DNA of 64,000 nucleotides from Sulfolobales archaeon. GTDB lineage: Archaea; Thermoproteota; Thermoprotei_A; Sulfolobales; AG1. The notes below the pieces were generated by a model. The model made no database searches. It was not told the origin of the DNA and saw only the letters and a program-made list of their open reading frames with translations. The position numbers and the translations under genes are program-made. Positions within the stretch are counted from its first letter, which is position 1; each line of letters opens with the position of its first letter. The stretch covers positions 224,001 to 288,000 of the forward strand of contig JAWBYA010000002.1 in the NCBI GenBank assembly GCA_038867615.1, in the 5' to 3' direction. Of the stretch, positions 62,762 to 64,000 are shown piece by piece.

Positions 62762-64000
62762 TTAAGCATATATCGGTGGCGTCATAACCTGCTTTGGAAG
62801 TCTCTGCTTAAACCTCTCTCTCCAACCCTCATAGAATTTGATCATGTCGTCAGAGAGCGTTGGCCTGATCTTTGACATAGCATGGATGAAATGCCTCATA
62901 TAAACCCTAGAGGCTGAAAGATCCTCTCTCAATGCATAGAGAGCAGCCTCCCTAACCATTGCAGCGATATCGGCTCCCGTATAGCCTTCGGCGGATCTAG
63001 CTATATACTCCAGATCTACATCCTCCGCTAATGGCATCTTCCTAGTATGAACCTTAAGGATCTCTAGCCTTGATTTATAGTCAGGTGGTGGGACATATAT
63101 AATCTTATCAAGCCTCCCAGGTCTGAGAAGAGCTGGGTCTATTAGATCAGGCCTGTTAGTAGCACCTATAACCACGACGTTGTTGAGCTTCTCAATACCA
63201 TCTATCTCTGTTAATAGCTGGCTAACAATCCTCTCAGTAACCCTTGTCCCCTCATCGATAGAGCCTCTATGAGGTACTATAGAGTCTATCTCATCGAAAA
63301 GGATCACCGTGGGGGCATAGATCCTCGCCTTCCTAAAGATCTCCCTTATAGCTTTCTCACTCTCACCAACCCATTTGCTAAGGATCTCCGGTCCTCTCAC
63401 CGATATGAAGTTAGCACCGCTCTCAGTAGCAACAGCCTTTGCTAATAGCGTTTTACCAACACCTGGAGGCCCGTAGAGAAGAATACCCTTAGGAGGCTCA
63501 ATACCAAGCCTCCTGAAAGCGTCTGGGTATTTTAGAGGCCATTCAACAGCCTCCCTCAGCTCCTGCTTAACCTCCTCTAACCCTCCTATATCGCTCCACC
63601 TAACCTCCGGGATCTCTACATAGACCTCTCTGAAGCCGCTGGGTATTATCTCTTTGAAAGCCTGCATGAAGTCCTGCTGTGTCACATACATAGACTCAAG
63701 GATCTCAGGATCTATTGTATCGCTCTGCCAATCTATCTTAGGCAGGTATCTCCTCAGCGCGTGGAGCGCTGCTTCTTTAACAAGTGCTGCTAGATCTGCC
63801 CCGGTATAGCCATGGGTTATCTCCGCAATCTTCCTGAGATCTACATCCTCGGCTAGAGGCATGTTCCTCGTATGTATTGTGAGTATCTCAAACCTGCCCT
63901 GCTTATCTGGAAGAGGTATCTCTATCTCCCTATCAAACCTGCCAGGCCTCCTTAGAGCTGGATCGACTGCGTGAGGCCTATTAGTAGCCCCAATAACGAT
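62762..64000 (-). CDS. cdc48: Second CDC48/p97-family AAA+ ATPase (5' part outside window)
   Basis: End of D1 plus complete D2 ([30 protein letters not shown]). Confidence 0.96.
   Translation of the reverse strand: MVIGATNRPHAVDPALRRPGRFDREIEIPLPDKQGRFEILTIHTRNMPLAEDVDLRKIAEITHGYTGADLAALVKEAALHALRRYLPKIDWQSDTIDPEILESMYVTQQDFMQAFKEIIPSGFREVYVEIPEVRWSDIGGLEEVKQELREAVEWPLKYPDAFRRLGIEPPKGILLYGPPGVGKTLLAKAVATESGANFISVRGPEILSKWVGESEKAIREIFRKARIYAPTVILFDEIDSIVPHRGSIDEGTRVTERIVSQLLTEIDGIEKLNNVVVIGATNRPDLIDPALLRPGRLDKIIYVPPPDYKSRLEILKVHTRKMPLAEDVDLEYIARSAEGYTGADIAAMVREAALYALREDLSASRVYMRHFIHAMSKIRPTLSDDMIKFYEGWRERFKQRLPKQVMTPPIYA

Overview
Core-genome window of a hyperthermophilic crenarchaeon (Thermoprotei, Desulfurococcales/Sulfolobales-like; inferred from gene content, eS4/eL20/eS19/eL39, LysW pathway, two Orc1/Cdc6 and two CDC48 paralogs). 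It holds part of the S10/spc ribosomal operon, fumC, a divergent lysWXJK/lysYZ cluster, acnA, tRNA-modification genes (trm56, taw3, ttuA, tiaS), the eS19-to-ftsY operon, MFS transporters, and a tRNA-Lys(CUU) with a 45/46 intron. Main observations outside the ORF track: (1) a promoter-driven 5' half of tRNA-Gln(CUG) that stops at position 37 and continues into a GC-rich trailer and then a C/D-box sRNA, the layout expected for a trans-spliced (split) tRNA fused to a guide RNA; (2) three dispersed copies of a structured, K-turn-like element resembling the 3' end/omegaRNA of IS200/IS605 tnpB, with no tnpB in the window, one copy having its own TATA box; (3) several conserved genes with no ATG/GTG/TTG at their homologous N-terminus (uS3, cdc6, speE), with both cdc6 paralogs sharing a 17-18 nt element that contains an in-frame CTG; (4) two further candidate C/D sRNAs and gene-conversion-like tracts between the CDC48 ATPase domains. 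All calls come from reading the sequence by eye; no database search was run.
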